Of a DNA stretch of 27,255 nucleotides, positions 15,657-24,583 are shown piece by piece; position 1 is the stretch's first letter, and each line of letters begins with the position of its first letter. The stretch covers positions 1 through 27,255 of IMG/VR virus record IMGVR_UViG_3300032218_003165; one strand, 5' to 3'. The translations under genes were made by a program, and so were the position numbers. This stretch comes from a virus (lineage: Duplodnaviria; Caudoviricetes). The notes beneath the pieces were generated by a model. It was given only the letters and a program-made list of their open reading frames with translations. It made no database searches and was not told the origin of the DNA.

Positions 15657-16678
15657 CAGGACTGCCTTACCTTGCCGCTGGTGATCCGCATGTTCTGCAC
15701 GTCGAACGAACGGTCGGCGTGAACGTCCACAACGGCAAAGCCGTGATTCCATTTGTTGAGGACGGCATAGGCGGGCCTCATATCGCACAGGCAGCCCGTC
15801 GAGAAACAGACCGTCTCGCGGCCCATCATGTCGGGCTCGCTGTGAGTGCTGGTGCGGTGCCCGTGCCCCTCGAGGACCGTGTGATGCAGCCGCATGAACG
15901 CGCCGCGGGCTTGGTTCACAGGCGAGCTGATCCCATTGCCTTTTTCGTGGCCGTGTAGGATCGGCAGTTCACCGGCGAGGATGATCCGCTTGTCCTTCAC
16001 GAGCGTCATGTCGAGAGCCGGCAGCCCGCACCAGTTGTCCAGCCCCATGATGGGATCGTCGCTGATTTCAGGGGCGTGCTCGTAAAGCCATCGCTCATAC
16101 CTTTCTTCATGGTTTCCGGTCTTCACCGTGATCGGGATGCCGGGAAACTCTTGCCTGATCCACTTCAGGAACTCCCGCACAGCCGCCAGCTCGTTGCGGA
16201 AGTTGCGGAGCCGTGGATTCTTCTCGTGCCGACTGATCGAGTAGAAGTCCGCCCAGTCGCCATTGAGGAGCAGAGCGTCGATCCGCTCCGCCTGGAGATG
16301 GTCGACCGCGGCCCGAAGTGCCGTCTCATCGTGATAGGGGACGTGGATGTCGCTGAGGATGCCGACCTTGCCCGTGATCCCGAGATCGAAAGGCAGCCAG
16401 GGCTCGGCCTGGGAGGGCGGCATCTGGTAGCGCGTGCCTGCTGGCCGCGGCTCTCGGAAGAGGTGTTTGGCCTTCGCTTCCTTCCGCTTTCCTTCGCCGC
16501 AGAGCCCGAGGGCCATCCGCACCCGCGTCCGGGCCTGCTCGATGGTCAGAGCCCCGTTCGTCTCCTCGACGATCCGCCGGGCAAGCGTACGGGCCGGGGC
16601 GTCAGGATGAGCCTCGACGATCCTGAGAACGATCGGCGTGATCGCGTCCCTTTGCAGGACGCTTTTTGCTTGTGCCAT
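15656..16678 (-). CDS. calcineurin-like metallophosphoesterase
   Basis: SDIH, NGDWAD, GNHE, HGHE and GHGH motifs in canonical order. Confidence 0.92.
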   Translation of the reverse strand: MAQAKSVLQRDAITPIVLRIVEAHPDAPARTLARRIVEETNGALTIEQARTRVRMALGLCGEGKRKEAKAKHLFREPRPAGTRYQMPPSQAEPWLPFDLGITGKVGILSDIHVPYHDETALRAAVDHLQAERIDALLLNGDWADFYSISRHEKNPRLRNFRNELAAVREFLKWIRQEFPGIPITVKTGNHEERYERWLYEHAPEISDDPIMGLDNWCGLPALDMTLVKDKRIILAGELPILHGHEKGNGISSPVNQARGAFMRLHHTVLEGHGHRTSTHSEPDMMGRETVCFSTGCLCDMRPAYAVLNKWNHGFAVVDVHADRSFDVQNMRITSGKVRQS

Positions 16679-16802
16679 CGCGGGCCTCCCGGTGTTCCAC
16701 GTCCATCAGTTCACCGTCGTGTTCGGTCTCGTCATCGAACGGGCTGCCCTCACCCGGATCCAGGCCGGGCCACGTGTGCTTCCGCTTCGGCTTGCGTGGC
16801 AT
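16602..16802 (-). CDS. small highly charged hypothetical protein
   Basis: AGGAG RBS before ATG; fills the gap between neighbours but overlaps both. Confidence 0.4.
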   Translation of the reverse strand: MPRKPKRKHTWPGLDPGEGSPFDDETEHDGELMDVEHREARDGTSKKRPAKGRDHADRSQDRRGSS

Positions 16803-17151
16803 CGGCGGTCTCCTTGCGTGCGGCCTCGATGGCTCGGGCTATCAAGATCCGTGCCGCGGTGGCAATGAATGGGAGGCCTTTGGTGGCGGCGGCCTCACGC
16901 AGGTGCTCGACGATTTCTTCCATGTGGTCCCAGCAACCTTGCCCCCAGGCGTCCATCTTCGCGGCGAAGGAATCGCAGCCACAGGAGCCGTCGTCGCGGA
17001 TTCCCAACCATGCCAGCGAGCGGCGGAGTTGGCAGCCGGGGCCGCAGGTCTCAGGCACCGGAACCGTGCATTGCCGGATCCCCCCGCGGATCTTCGACAC
17101 GAAGCCGCAGCGTGGACAGGTAGCGTTTGGGGCGGAGAGGTCGCAGTTCAC
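16750..17151 (-). CDS. Cys-rich hypothetical protein
   Basis: CPRCG, CGPGC, CGC motifs and MDAWG..CWD; GTGA overlap. Confidence 0.75.
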   Translation of the reverse strand: MNCDLSAPNATCPRCGFVSKIRGGIRQCTVPVPETCGPGCQLRRSLAWLGIRDDGSCGCDSFAAKMDAWGQGCWDHMEEIVEHLREAAATKGLPFIATAARILIARAIEAARKETADATQAEAEAHVARPGSG

Positions 17152-18173
17152 GCGCTGATCTCCCAGTCAAACGTCCCGGTTGTTCCGGCACCGTTGGCGA
17201 CAAGGATAGTGCCTCCCGTGCCGCTCTTGATGAGCCCCGTTCCGCAGATATGGACAGGAGTGGAATTAAACCAATACATGCTCAGTAAAGCGCACTCAGG
17301 CACGCCAGAGACGGTAAAGACTCTTCTCAGTGACTGCGACTGGCTGCGTACTGTCAGAGACGTGGCAGTGAGAACCTCCTGATACCCCCAGAAAAAGCCA
17401 ATAGAGCAGTTCAGGTCGCCACGGTACTCCCATAGATCGCAGTAATTTGGAACGCGCGTCATCACATAAGTACCGGCAAGACCAGCTACAGTTGCTCCAC
17501 CAGAAAGGGATACGTTCTTGATTGTCAGGTAGATCGTATTTGGCGGAGGGCTTCCGCTGCACACCGTCGCGCACGGCGTCCCGACCTCGTAGCACTCCCG
17601 CACTATGCCGTGTAGCACATGAACGCGCTCCGACGAAGTCCAGTCGATGCGTGCCGATACGGCGACCTGCGTGTTGTCGCACGTAGCAAATCCGCCGAAT
17701 GTCCCTGTCGATGAACGAGGATCGCCTGCCAAAAAACCGACCAGCGGGACTGCTGGCGAGAATGTGTAAGTGTCGCCTGGGTTGAGTGTCACACCATCAG
17801 ACTGAATGAAAAACTGTCCTGAAACACAAGTAAACGTCACGGTATTAGATGACAATGCCGTATCGGTCGTAGCGTCCGCTGGGAAGAGCGTTCGCCAAAA
17901 CGACACCGTCAGCGAACACGGAAACCGCGTCTGCGCGCTGCTCAAGTAAAACGACCCGCCAATCGCTTGGTGAAACGGCCCGCCACCAGAAATAAACGCG
18001 GGGTTGTCCTCGTCACCGGAGAACGTCAGGTAGCCGTCGGTTGCGAGTCCGTTCACGGCACCGAATGAATAACCGCGGTACACCTCTTGGAACGCTGCGC
18101 CGCTGTGCGGATTCTGGCACGTGCGGGTGCATTCCCCGCAAGTCCCGCAACACTGGCATCCTGGCAACAGCAT
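17148..18173 (-). CDS. Cys-rich beta-structured putative tail-tip / adsorption protein
   Basis: N-terminal GCQCCGTCGECTRTC; T/G/S/F-rich body, lower GC; third gene after tape measure. Confidence 0.65.
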   Translation of the reverse strand: MLLPGCQCCGTCGECTRTCQNPHSGAAFQEVYRGYSFGAVNGLATDGYLTFSGDEDNPAFISGGGPFHQAIGGSFYLSSAQTRFPCSLTVSFWRTLFPADATTDTALSSNTVTFTCVSGQFFIQSDGVTLNPGDTYTFSPAVPLVGFLAGDPRSSTGTFGGFATCDNTQVAVSARIDWTSSERVHVLHGIVRECYEVGTPCATVCSGSPPPNTIYLTIKNVSLSGGATVAGLAGTYVMTRVPNYCDLWEYRGDLNCSIGFFWGYQEVLTATSLTVRSQSQSLRRVFTVSGVPECALLSMYWFNSTPVHICGTGLIKSGTGGTILVANGAGTTGTFDWEISA

Positions 18174-18532
18174 CACGCACACTCCGCGGCGACGACGTAG
18201 TAATACCCGTGCCGGTGGAGCATCACCGTGCAGAACTTCCCTGTGGCGATCGCGGCGTATCGGTTGTATGCCGTGAGCGTCACGCCGGTATTTGTCTCGC
18301 TCCCCGGCGCGCCGGCCCAGATCTGGAGCGTGGCGGAGGAGCCTTTCGCCCAGGCGGCGGTTGTCTTGCAGAGGACGGCGTCGGAGTCGTCGGAGCCGAT
18401 GCGGTTGTGAACCGGCGGCGCTCGGCGGAATCCACCCTCAAACGCCAGGACGACGTTTGCGATACGGCGGGCCGCGCTTCGCGTGAAGCCGACACGCTCG
18501 CCGCGGCTGACTCCGGGGGGGCTCGTTTTCAC
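18173..18532 (-). CDS. putative minor tail protein
   Basis: 119 aa, coupled within the tail operon, ends YVVAAECA. Confidence 0.7.
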   Translation of the reverse strand: MKTSPPGVSRGERVGFTRSAARRIANVVLAFEGGFRRAPPVHNRIGSDDSDAVLCKTTAAWAKGSSATLQIWAGAPGSETNTGVTLTAYNRYAAIATGKFCTVMLHRHGYYYVVAAECA

Positions 18533-19413
18533 GCCGGGCTCCCGAAGTAGGTTGCAAAATCAACTTCCTTGTAGACGCGGAACGTCAGGTAGTTCAGCGT
18601 GGCCCCTGGCGAGAGGGCGATGCCGTTCCCGAGCGGAACAGGCTGCTTCACCGGCCTGCCCTCGACGCCGAGGATCGCGGCCCGGTAGGTGCCGGTGGAC
18701 GATGGTGCGCCGGAGCTCGTCACCCGCTGATTAAACCCAACGTCCCAGACTTGGAAGTCCCAGGATTCAGCGCGGTAGGCAAACTCCCAGACGGTCTCGG
18801 TGTACGGGATGGTGGTGTTGGCGCTTGAGCTCGAGTAGGCCAGCTCTTTCCGCTGGGCACTCTTGAAAGCGCATTTCACAGAGCGGACGGCGGCCCCGTC
18901 CCACGCAGCGGAGTTGACGGCTCCGCTGCACGTCCTGGCCGTCGTCTTCCACGAATCGTCGGTGTAGCTCTTCGTGAGCGTCCATGAGAACTCGGTGTAT
19001 TCCCGCTCCAGCCCCTCGAGCGGATCGCCGGCGGAGTTCACGACCCACTTCTGATCCTTGTCGAGCCACACCGGAGCCGTGGCGGTCGTGCCGTTGGCGT
19101 TCCAAACGTCCTTCGGGAGGTTGGTTGCGGTGTCCGGCGTGACGACTTTCGGCGGGATGTAGTACCGAACCGTCACCGTCCACCAGAGGCCAGATTCGTC
19201 GTCATCGGCCGCCTCAAACTCCATCGCCTTGTGATTGCCGAAGTCCGGGTGAGCGGTGCCGTAGCCTATGCCGGGAGCCCTGGCGATCAGCGTCTTGGAT
19301 GTGAAAGGATCATCGACACGGACTTTCCACTTCCTGACGAATACGAACGATTCACCGAAGCGCCCGGTGACGCCGGTGCCCTTGGTGGTCTCGACGTATG
19401 AGACGACAGCCAT
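18529..19413 (-). CDS. putative distal tail / hub protein
   Basis: Directly after tape measure (TGATG); aromatic and Thr-rich beta composition, G.AHPD and VNSAGDP motifs. Confidence 0.7.
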   Translation of the reverse strand: MAVVSYVETTKGTGVTGRFGESFVFVRKWKVRVDDPFTSKTLIARAPGIGYGTAHPDFGNHKAMEFEAADDDESGLWWTVTVRYYIPPKVVTPDTATNLPKDVWNANGTTATAPVWLDKDQKWVVNSAGDPLEGLEREYTEFSWTLTKSYTDDSWKTTARTCSGAVNSAAWDGAAVRSVKCAFKSAQRKELAYSSSSANTTIPYTETVWEFAYRAESWDFQVWDVGFNQRVTSSGAPSSTGTYRAAILGVEGRPVKQPVPLGNGIALSPGATLNYLTFRVYKEVDFATYFGSPA

Positions 19414-21002
19414 CAGTACCCTCCTGCAATCTCAAACGCGATGTCATCCTGCATCGCAGCCATCGCCGCGGTGTTCTTGGCGATCTCCTTGGACACGTCG
19501 AGCTGCTCATGGGCCACGTCGTCATTCGACGCGCCACGCATGAACCGCAGCATCTCTGCGATTCCTTCACGCGAGTTGATCGACGTAGCGCCGACGGCCT
19601 GTGTCGAAAGTCCTGGCGACAACTGCTGCATGGCAGCCATTCCGCCGCCGGCCCCGCCGGCGACGTTTAGCCGCGAGGCGAAGTCCGTCTGCCGGAATGA
19701 CTGCTGGGCACGGAAGAGGCCAGACCGCACGGCAGTTTCAAAGATCGTTGTCAGCGGCCGCTCCATCTGCCGGGCGACCTTGTCACCTGAGACGGTGCCA
19801 AAGACGTTGCCAAGCCCCGTGCCGGTGGAGTTCGCACCGGAGACCATTGAGGCATTGAGCGAGGCTGTGAACGCCTTCATCGCGGAGAGGCTGGCATCGA
19901 CAGACCGAGAAGACATCCCGACGGCCTGGAGCGTCGTCTGGACGCCCTGCAGGGCGACGGTGATCGCACCCGAAAGGACCGTGCCGATGGCAGCGATCAC
20001 GGTCTTCAGCGCCCCGGCCGCGGCGTCGAACATCCCCGCCGCCACCTTGCCGGCAGCGAACACCGTCTCCCACGATGTTCCGATGTCGGCGAGCGTCCCG
20101 AACACGTTCCGGAATCCCTCAATCGCGTGATCTCCAACCGAGGCGAGCGTGTACGCACCGGCCAGCAGCGCGTCGCCGATCCCGCGGCCGATCTGGAGCG
20201 TGCCGGCAGACGTGACGAAGTCCGTAAAGGTGTCGGTGATGTTGCGTATCGCAGGTGCCATGTAGGCCGTGACCTGTACGACGATCCCACGCACGGACGT
20301 TGCCGCCCGGGTGAATGCGTCGTTCATCGCCTCAACGTCTTTCCCCTGGGCGTTCGTCAGGGCGATGCCAAACAGGCGGGCCTCTTTCGTGGCCTCGCCG
20401 ATGCCTTTCGCACCGTCGGCGAACAGCGGAAGCAGCTCGATGCCTGCCTTGCCGAAGAGCCGGATGGCGGCGGCCGACCGCTCCGCCTCCGAAGGGATGG
20501 CGGCGATCGCGTCGGACAGCCTGGAGAACCGCTCCGCGGCGGTCAGGTTCTGGAGCGAGTCGAGGGCGATGCCAAGCCCGTCGAAGGCTTGCTTCGCCGT
20601 CTGCGACCCCTCGGCGGCGCGGACGAACGCCACGTCGGCCTTCGTCATTGCCTTGCCGATCGTCCCGAGGCTCACTCCGGCGAGATCAGCCGCCAGGCCG
20701 ATGCCGGCGAGTTCCTTGTAAGTCGTTCCCAATCTGGCAGCGAGCTTGCTCGTGGAGTCGATCACCTCGGACTCTTTCTTGCCCATGTCCACGAATCGAG
20801 TGGCAGCGAGAGACGCCGACGCGGCGAGGTCGGCCATGAAACGCGCACCGGAGATCGTCACCAGGGCGGACATGCCTGAACGAAGGGAGGCAAGCGAGTG
20901 CTCCACGCCAGCGAACGCCCGGACTGCTCGGTCGCATCCGGCCGTGAGCCCGGACGTGGATGCAGTGAAAACTGCCGCCACCTTTCCGATCGTTGCTGCC
21001 AT
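19413..21002 (-). CDS. tail tape measure protein
   Basis: 529 aa Ala/Gly-rich helical; AAAIRLFGKAG.ELLPLF..GA.GI motif; follows the tail chaperones. Confidence 0.9.
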   Translation of the reverse strand: MAATIGKVAAVFTASTSGLTAGCDRAVRAFAGVEHSLASLRSGMSALVTISGARFMADLAASASLAATRFVDMGKKESEVIDSTSKLAARLGTTYKELAGIGLAADLAGVSLGTIGKAMTKADVAFVRAAEGSQTAKQAFDGLGIALDSLQNLTAAERFSRLSDAIAAIPSEAERSAAAIRLFGKAGIELLPLFADGAKGIGEATKEARLFGIALTNAQGKDVEAMNDAFTRAATSVRGIVVQVTAYMAPAIRNITDTFTDFVTSAGTLQIGRGIGDALLAGAYTLASVGDHAIEGFRNVFGTLADIGTSWETVFAAGKVAAGMFDAAAGALKTVIAAIGTVLSGAITVALQGVQTTLQAVGMSSRSVDASLSAMKAFTASLNASMVSGANSTGTGLGNVFGTVSGDKVARQMERPLTTIFETAVRSGLFRAQQSFRQTDFASRLNVAGGAGGGMAAMQQLSPGLSTQAVGATSINSREGIAEMLRFMRGASNDDVAHEQLDVSKEIAKNTAAMAAMQDDIAFEIAGGY

Positions 21003-21003
21003 G

Positions 21004-21333
21004 TCAGAGCCCCTTCTCTTCCATTTGTGCCGCGAAGGCCGGGATCTTCCGCAACTGCTCGAGCATCTGCTGCTTGGTCTGGAGCTTCTCGCGGTACGTC
21101 GGCAAGAACTTTTCGACGAAGTCCGCCGGAACGTCGCTGCCTATCGCCGCGGCCATCGCCGTCGCCAGCTTGCCGCTTCGATGCCATTCGGCACCCCACG
21201 GCTCGCACTGCCAATACGCCATCCACCAGTTCACGACCCGTATCGGGATGCGGGCTGTAAAAGCCTCGATGTCCCATTCCCCACACGCGAGAGCCAGCCG
21301 GCCCAAGAACAACTGGAACGGCTGGCCTCTCAT
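21004..21333 (-). CDS. tail assembly chaperone, gpT-like (-1 frameshift extension)
   Basis: RLALACG...W.AYWQCEPWG motif; lies in the -1 frame of the upstream ORF. Confidence 0.8.
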   Translation of the reverse strand: MRGQPFQLFLGRLALACGEWDIEAFTARIPIRVVNWWMAYWQCEPWGAEWHRSGKLATAMAAAIGSDVPADFVEKFLPTYREKLQTKQQMLEQLRKIPAFAAQMEEKGL

Positions 21334-21677
21334 TTTTCCGCGAGTTCCTCAACCTCCCGATCAGTCATTCCGAGGAGCCGCGTTCCGCGGTCGAAGATCT
21401 CCGAGAGGATGTCGGCTCGCATTTCGCCGAGGGTCTCGGCGTCATCGACGGAGAACAGCCGTTCGCCCTTTTCGTCGCAGAGCAGGAGCGAGGCCACGAC
21501 ACCGCGGACGCCTGCGAGGTTGTCCTGCCGATTGCGTGCCCACATGTCGAACTCGTCACGCACATCGGCCGCAGGGTCGAGGAGGAACACCTCTTCGCCG
21601 CACGAGCGGAGCTTCAGCCGGACGGGTTCGCCGCGGCCAGCAGCCTTCAGGAAGCCGTCTTTCGTGGTCAGTGCCAT
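21330..21677 (-). CDS. tail assembly chaperone, gpG-like
   Basis: LLLCDEKGERLFS.DD...L motif, ends EELAEK. Confidence 0.85.
   Translation of the reverse strand: MALTTKDGFLKAAGRGEPVRLKLRSCGEEVFLLDPAADVRDEFDMWARNRQDNLAGVRGVVASLLLCDEKGERLFSVDDAETLGEMRADILSEIFDRGTRLLGMTDREVEELAEK
21333..21339 (-). other. programmed -1 frameshift slippery site G GAA AAA
   Basis: GCG GAA AAA TGA at the end of the gpG-like ORF; -1 slip reads AAA ATG AGA GGC into the next ORF. Confidence 0.75.
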
Positions 21678-22063
21678 CAGTTGTCTCCGGTGAATTGGAA
21701 CGAGTAGAAGGACTCCAGCAGCTCGCCGCGCGTGCCTTCAAGCCGGTAGTCGGCCAGGAACGCGGTGACGGACAGCGTGGCCCCGTCGAGGTAGAAGGAC
21801 AGCGTCGCCTTGCGGCCGATGTCGGAGCGGGAAAGGGCGGCGTTCCCTTGGGCTCGGAACTCCATCGTGCCAGGGTCCACCATCGTCGGATCGAGCTTTC
21901 GCGTGATCCTAGAATTGCCGGCGGTCCCAGTGATCGTCGCGCCGTAGCCGGTCGCGTCGTAAACGGAAGTGACGGCGTAGCGGCCAGTGAATCCGATCAC
22001 GTTTCCGAGCGTGGTGCCGCCGAACGACACGGCAACGTCCTGAGCAGATGGGATCGCGGTCAT
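21677..22063 (-). CDS. tail tube-like protein 2
   Basis: Start re-called to MTAIPSAQ at 22063; VDPGTMEF...GELLESFYSFQFTG tail-tube-like pattern. Confidence 0.7.
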   Translation of the reverse strand: MTAIPSAQDVAVSFGGTTLGNVIGFTGRYAVTSVYDATGYGATITGTAGNSRITRKLDPTMVDPGTMEFRAQGNAALSRSDIGRKATLSFYLDGATLSVTAFLADYRLEGTRGELLESFYSFQFTGDN

Positions 22064-22077
22064 GGACCGTCCCCCAT

Positions 22078-22434
22078 TCAGCCAGTGACCCGGAAGGTGG
22101 CCGTGCCTTGTACGAAATCGCCGGCCTTGCCGCCCTCTTCGTCGTCTTCGCAGATCGCGTTGACGGCCGTCAGCCCGAGCCCCGTGAGGGCCAGGGAGTA
22201 CGCGGTATCCTGGGCCGGGGCGTTCTTGCCCCAGTAAGTGATCGTGACCACTTCGCCGGGCTTCAGCGGCTTCACCTGGAGCTTTCGCTTCGATCCCGCC
22301 GTCAGCGAGCAGTCCGACACGTCCTCGATCTCGACGGCCCGCTTCACCTTGATATCGACGGCGCGGTACTCGATTGAATTGAAGCTGAAGACGATGCCCT
22401 GCATCGTGTCGATCGTGGCGGGCGAGACTGCCAT
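22078..22434 (-). CDS. tail tube (major tail) protein 1
   Basis: QG..FSFN...EDVSD...GDFVQGTATFRVTG; follows tail completion gene; AGGAG RBS. Confidence 0.75.
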   Translation of the reverse strand: MAVSPATIDTMQGIVFSFNSIEYRAVDIKVKRAVEIEDVSDCSLTAGSKRKLQVKPLKPGEVVTITYWGKNAPAQDTAYSLALTGLGLTAVNAICEDDEEGGKAGDFVQGTATFRVTG

Positions 22435-22437
22435 CGG

Positions 22438-22827
22438 TTACTCCTGCCAACGGATAGAGATATTCATCTCGACGACGAACGTCGGAACGTCACGCCCCTC
22501 GAGAAAAACGGGCGTTCCGTCCTTCTCGTCGGTCACGTGGACATGGTCGATAGTCGCACCCGACCACGACCCTGTGAAATTGTGGAGAGCCGCGCGGATC
22601 GCATCGGCCGCCGCCCTGACGAGCGTGTAGCCGTCGGCGTACACGTCGAGCGTGAATTCGCCATCGCAGAATCCAGTCAGCCCGCTCGTCTGAAGTGGCC
22701 TGCCGGTCGAGTCGCGGGCGTAGACCGCGAACGGCGGCGAGGTGCCTTCAGCCGGCACCAGCGGCCAGGCCGTGCAACTGCCGGCCGTCTCGATCGCCGC
22801 CTTGAGCCAGGCCTCTGGACTGCTCAC
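22438..22827 (-). CDS. tail completion / terminator protein (DUF3168-like)
   Basis: WP..PAEG..PPFAVY.R...F.LDVYA..Y.......AIRAAL; canonical position. Confidence 0.8.
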   Translation of the reverse strand: MSSPEAWLKAAIETAGSCTAWPLVPAEGTSPPFAVYARDSTGRPLQTSGLTGFCDGEFTLDVYADGYTLVRAAADAIRAALHNFTGSWSGATIDHVHVTDEKDGTPVFLEGRDVPTFVVEMNISIRWQE

Positions 22828-22967
22828 TTGCCACCGGCCTTTGCGGGCGGCTCATCGGCCTCGATCACGCCGGCCTTCCGCAGCTCGGCGAGCGTGTCGG
22901 CGTCGGCATAGATCGAGTCGCCGGGCCGATATGGGCCGTGGGGCTTGGAGAAGATCACGAGCGTCAT
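22824..22967 (-). CDS. small 47-aa virion-associated protein
   Basis: MTLVIFSKPHGPYRPGD...LRKAGVIE; GGAGG RBS and its own late promoter motif. Confidence 0.7.
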   Translation of the reverse strand: MTLVIFSKPHGPYRPGDSIYADADTLAELRKAGVIEADEPPAKAGGK

Positions 22968-22989
22968 GGGAGCCTCCGGGGATGCTTCC

Positions 22990-23021
22990 GTTCTGCGGGA
23001 CTGGGCGGCGGTCTGTGAAAT
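22990..23021 (-). promoter_or_regulatory. putative late promoter ATTTCACAG-N17-CAGAAC
   Basis: Same 9-mer and spacing, in the intergenic gap before the tail genes; weaker -10. Confidence 0.6.
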
Positions 23022-23548
23022 CACCGCTTCCGGCGGTAGTCGGAGCCAACGGCCTTGCCGCTGTTCAACTCGGTGGCGGCCTTCTCGAGGGCGGCGGCCA
23101 TCTCCTTCGTAAGGGCCGCGGCTGCCTGCGGCTTGAAGCCACGCATGACACCCTGGACAATCGGCCGCTTTGCCATCCGATTCGTGCCGTACTCGACCCA
23201 GATGGCCTTCCGCGATTCGGGGCCGTACTTGTAGCCCAGGGTGCCGACTGCGACCCCGTCGCGGTTGTTGCCGATGTAACGCGACTTTGCGGTAGCCGAT
23301 CTGCGGAGTTCCCCGCTGCGGCGTAGCTTCACCACGCCCTTCTTGTTCGCCTTCATCACCATGCCGACCGGCGTGGCTGCCTTGAGTGCCGGAACGCCTG
23401 GGCGAAGAGCCCGCTTCATCGCCGCGCCCAGGTGCTTCTTGGCAATGTGCCGCGGCAGCTCCTTGAATCGCTGCATCAGCGCCCCGATCTCTCCGGAGAC
23501 CTGATCCCAGTTGGCCCAGATGAGTGCGTCGGTTTGCATGTCGCTCAT
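23021..23548 (-). CDS. HK97 gp10-like neck/tail component
   Basis: Basic; RSGELRRS and WVEYGT.RMAKRP motifs; start MSDMQ at 23548. Confidence 0.85.
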   Translation of the reverse strand: MSDMQTDALIWANWDQVSGEIGALMQRFKELPRHIAKKHLGAAMKRALRPGVPALKAATPVGMVMKANKKGVVKLRRSGELRRSATAKSRYIGNNRDGVAVGTLGYKYGPESRKAIWVEYGTNRMAKRPIVQGVMRGFKPQAAAALTKEMAAALEKAATELNSGKAVGSDYRRKR

Positions 23549-23871
23549 GTGGCCTGCTCCTCGCACCCGAGCTCGAGCTCGTCGCGGAAGCCACGCTCAA
23601 CGACGGAGGCGATGTAGAGGAGCCGGCCGCCGCGGCTAGTCCACCGGAATCGCATCTTCCCGGTGACGCCGGCGACGTAGCGGAGCATCACCGTGTGCGA
23701 GATCGTGCCGCCCACCTGCTGCCGGCGCTGCTGCTCGGAGTAAGACGATTCCTCGACGGAAGCCCGCACCCTGGCAAACGTCGTCCACGTCTGGATCGTC
23801 TCGCCGAGGGCGTTCCGCGTCTCGGCCGGGTACTCGATGACGCCGGACTCGCGGTAGTTGACCGTGGCCAT
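23545..23871 (-). CDS. head-tail adaptor (head closure) protein
   Basis: RNALGE.IQTW..FA.V.ASV...H.V.LRY..GVT.KMR motif (SPP1 gp16-like). Confidence 0.9.
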   Translation of the reverse strand: MATVNYRESGVIEYPAETRNALGETIQTWTTFARVRASVEESSYSEQQRRQQVGGTISHTVMLRYVAGVTGKMRFRWTSRGGRLLYIASVVERGFRDELELGCEEQAT

Positions 23872-24497
23872 CAGAACCTCCCGTCGATCGACTCGCTCGC
23901 CAGGAGCGTTTCCACGGCCATCGGAAGGACGATCGCCGACACGTCGGTCGGCACCGCTGATCGGTTGTCGTAGAGGTGCCGGATGATGAGGAGCATCGCC
24001 GAGCGGATCTGCGGGGCGATCTGCTGCCCCGGCGCGACACCGGCCCAGTAGGTTGCCGTCAGCTCACCGCCGGCCCAGCCGAGCCCAGGGCGAAGGTTGA
24101 ATCGGATCAGAGCCGGCCGGCAGTCGGCGTCGATGGCGTAGGATCCGGCGTCCATCGCCGTGCCGTCGACCGTCAGCGAGATCGGGTAGGAGTCGCTGAT
24201 GAGCAGCGGCGGATTCGGCAACTCGACCCCGTTCGGCCAGGCGGTCGACTCGTCGGCAAACGCTCCCATCGCGTTGGCGTTGAAGCCCCACTTCGCCCGG
24301 TACTGCGTGGCCACGAGTGCAACGCCGAGCCGGCGTTCACAGAGCCGGCGTGCCGTGGCGATGAGCGTCAGCAGGATCTCGTCATCGTCCTGCTGTTCGG
24401 GGACGAGGCCGCACTGCGACTTGGCGAGATCGAGCGGCACCGGCTCGACCACCGGCGGCGTGACCACCACGACCGACCGGGGGCGGGGGAACCGCAT
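23871..24497 (-). CDS. head-tail connector protein (HK97 gp6-like)
   Basis: PP.VEPV.L..AK...DD..L..LI.TAR..CE and AMLLIIRHLYDNRSAV; start MRFPRP at 24497. Confidence 0.9.
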   Translation of the reverse strand: MRFPRPRSVVVVTPPVVEPVPLDLAKSQCGLVPEQQDDDEILLTLIATARRLCERRLGVALVATQYRAKWGFNANAMGAFADESTAWPNGVELPNPPLLISDSYPISLTVDGTAMDAGSYAIDADCRPALIRFNLRPGLGWAGGELTATYWAGVAPGQQIAPQIRSAMLLIIRHLYDNRSAVPTDVSAIVLPMAVETLLASESIDGRF

Positions 24498-24525
24498 GGC
24501 GTGATCCTCGCTGGGAAAGAACGAG

Positions 24526-24565
24526 GAGGCCGGCGGGGGGCTGGGGAGCGCCACCCGCCGGCCTC
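24526..24565 (-). terminator. hairpin after the capsid gene (terminator or mRNA-stabilising stem)
   Basis: 12-bp perfect stem GAGGCCGGCGGG/CCCGCCGGCCTC followed by CTCGTTCTTT on the minus strand. Confidence 0.7.
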
Positions 24566-24583
24566 ACTTCGGGGGAAACAGGA

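Noticed and set aside
18873-18881. ATTTCACAG on the plus strand
   Set aside because: Antisense inside a tail gene with no -10-like element at the right spacing
22572-22580. Fourth CTGTGAAAT copy of the late promoter 9-mer
   Set aside because: Inside a CDS (encodes N-F-T-G) and the hexamer 17 nt downstream is ACTATC, not (T/C)AG; cannot be supported, though an internal promoter is not excluded
21677-23600. N-terminally extended ORF calls 21677-22450 and 22824-23600
   Set aside because: Extensions are out-of-frame overlaps of neighbouring genes; starts re-called at 22063 and 22967
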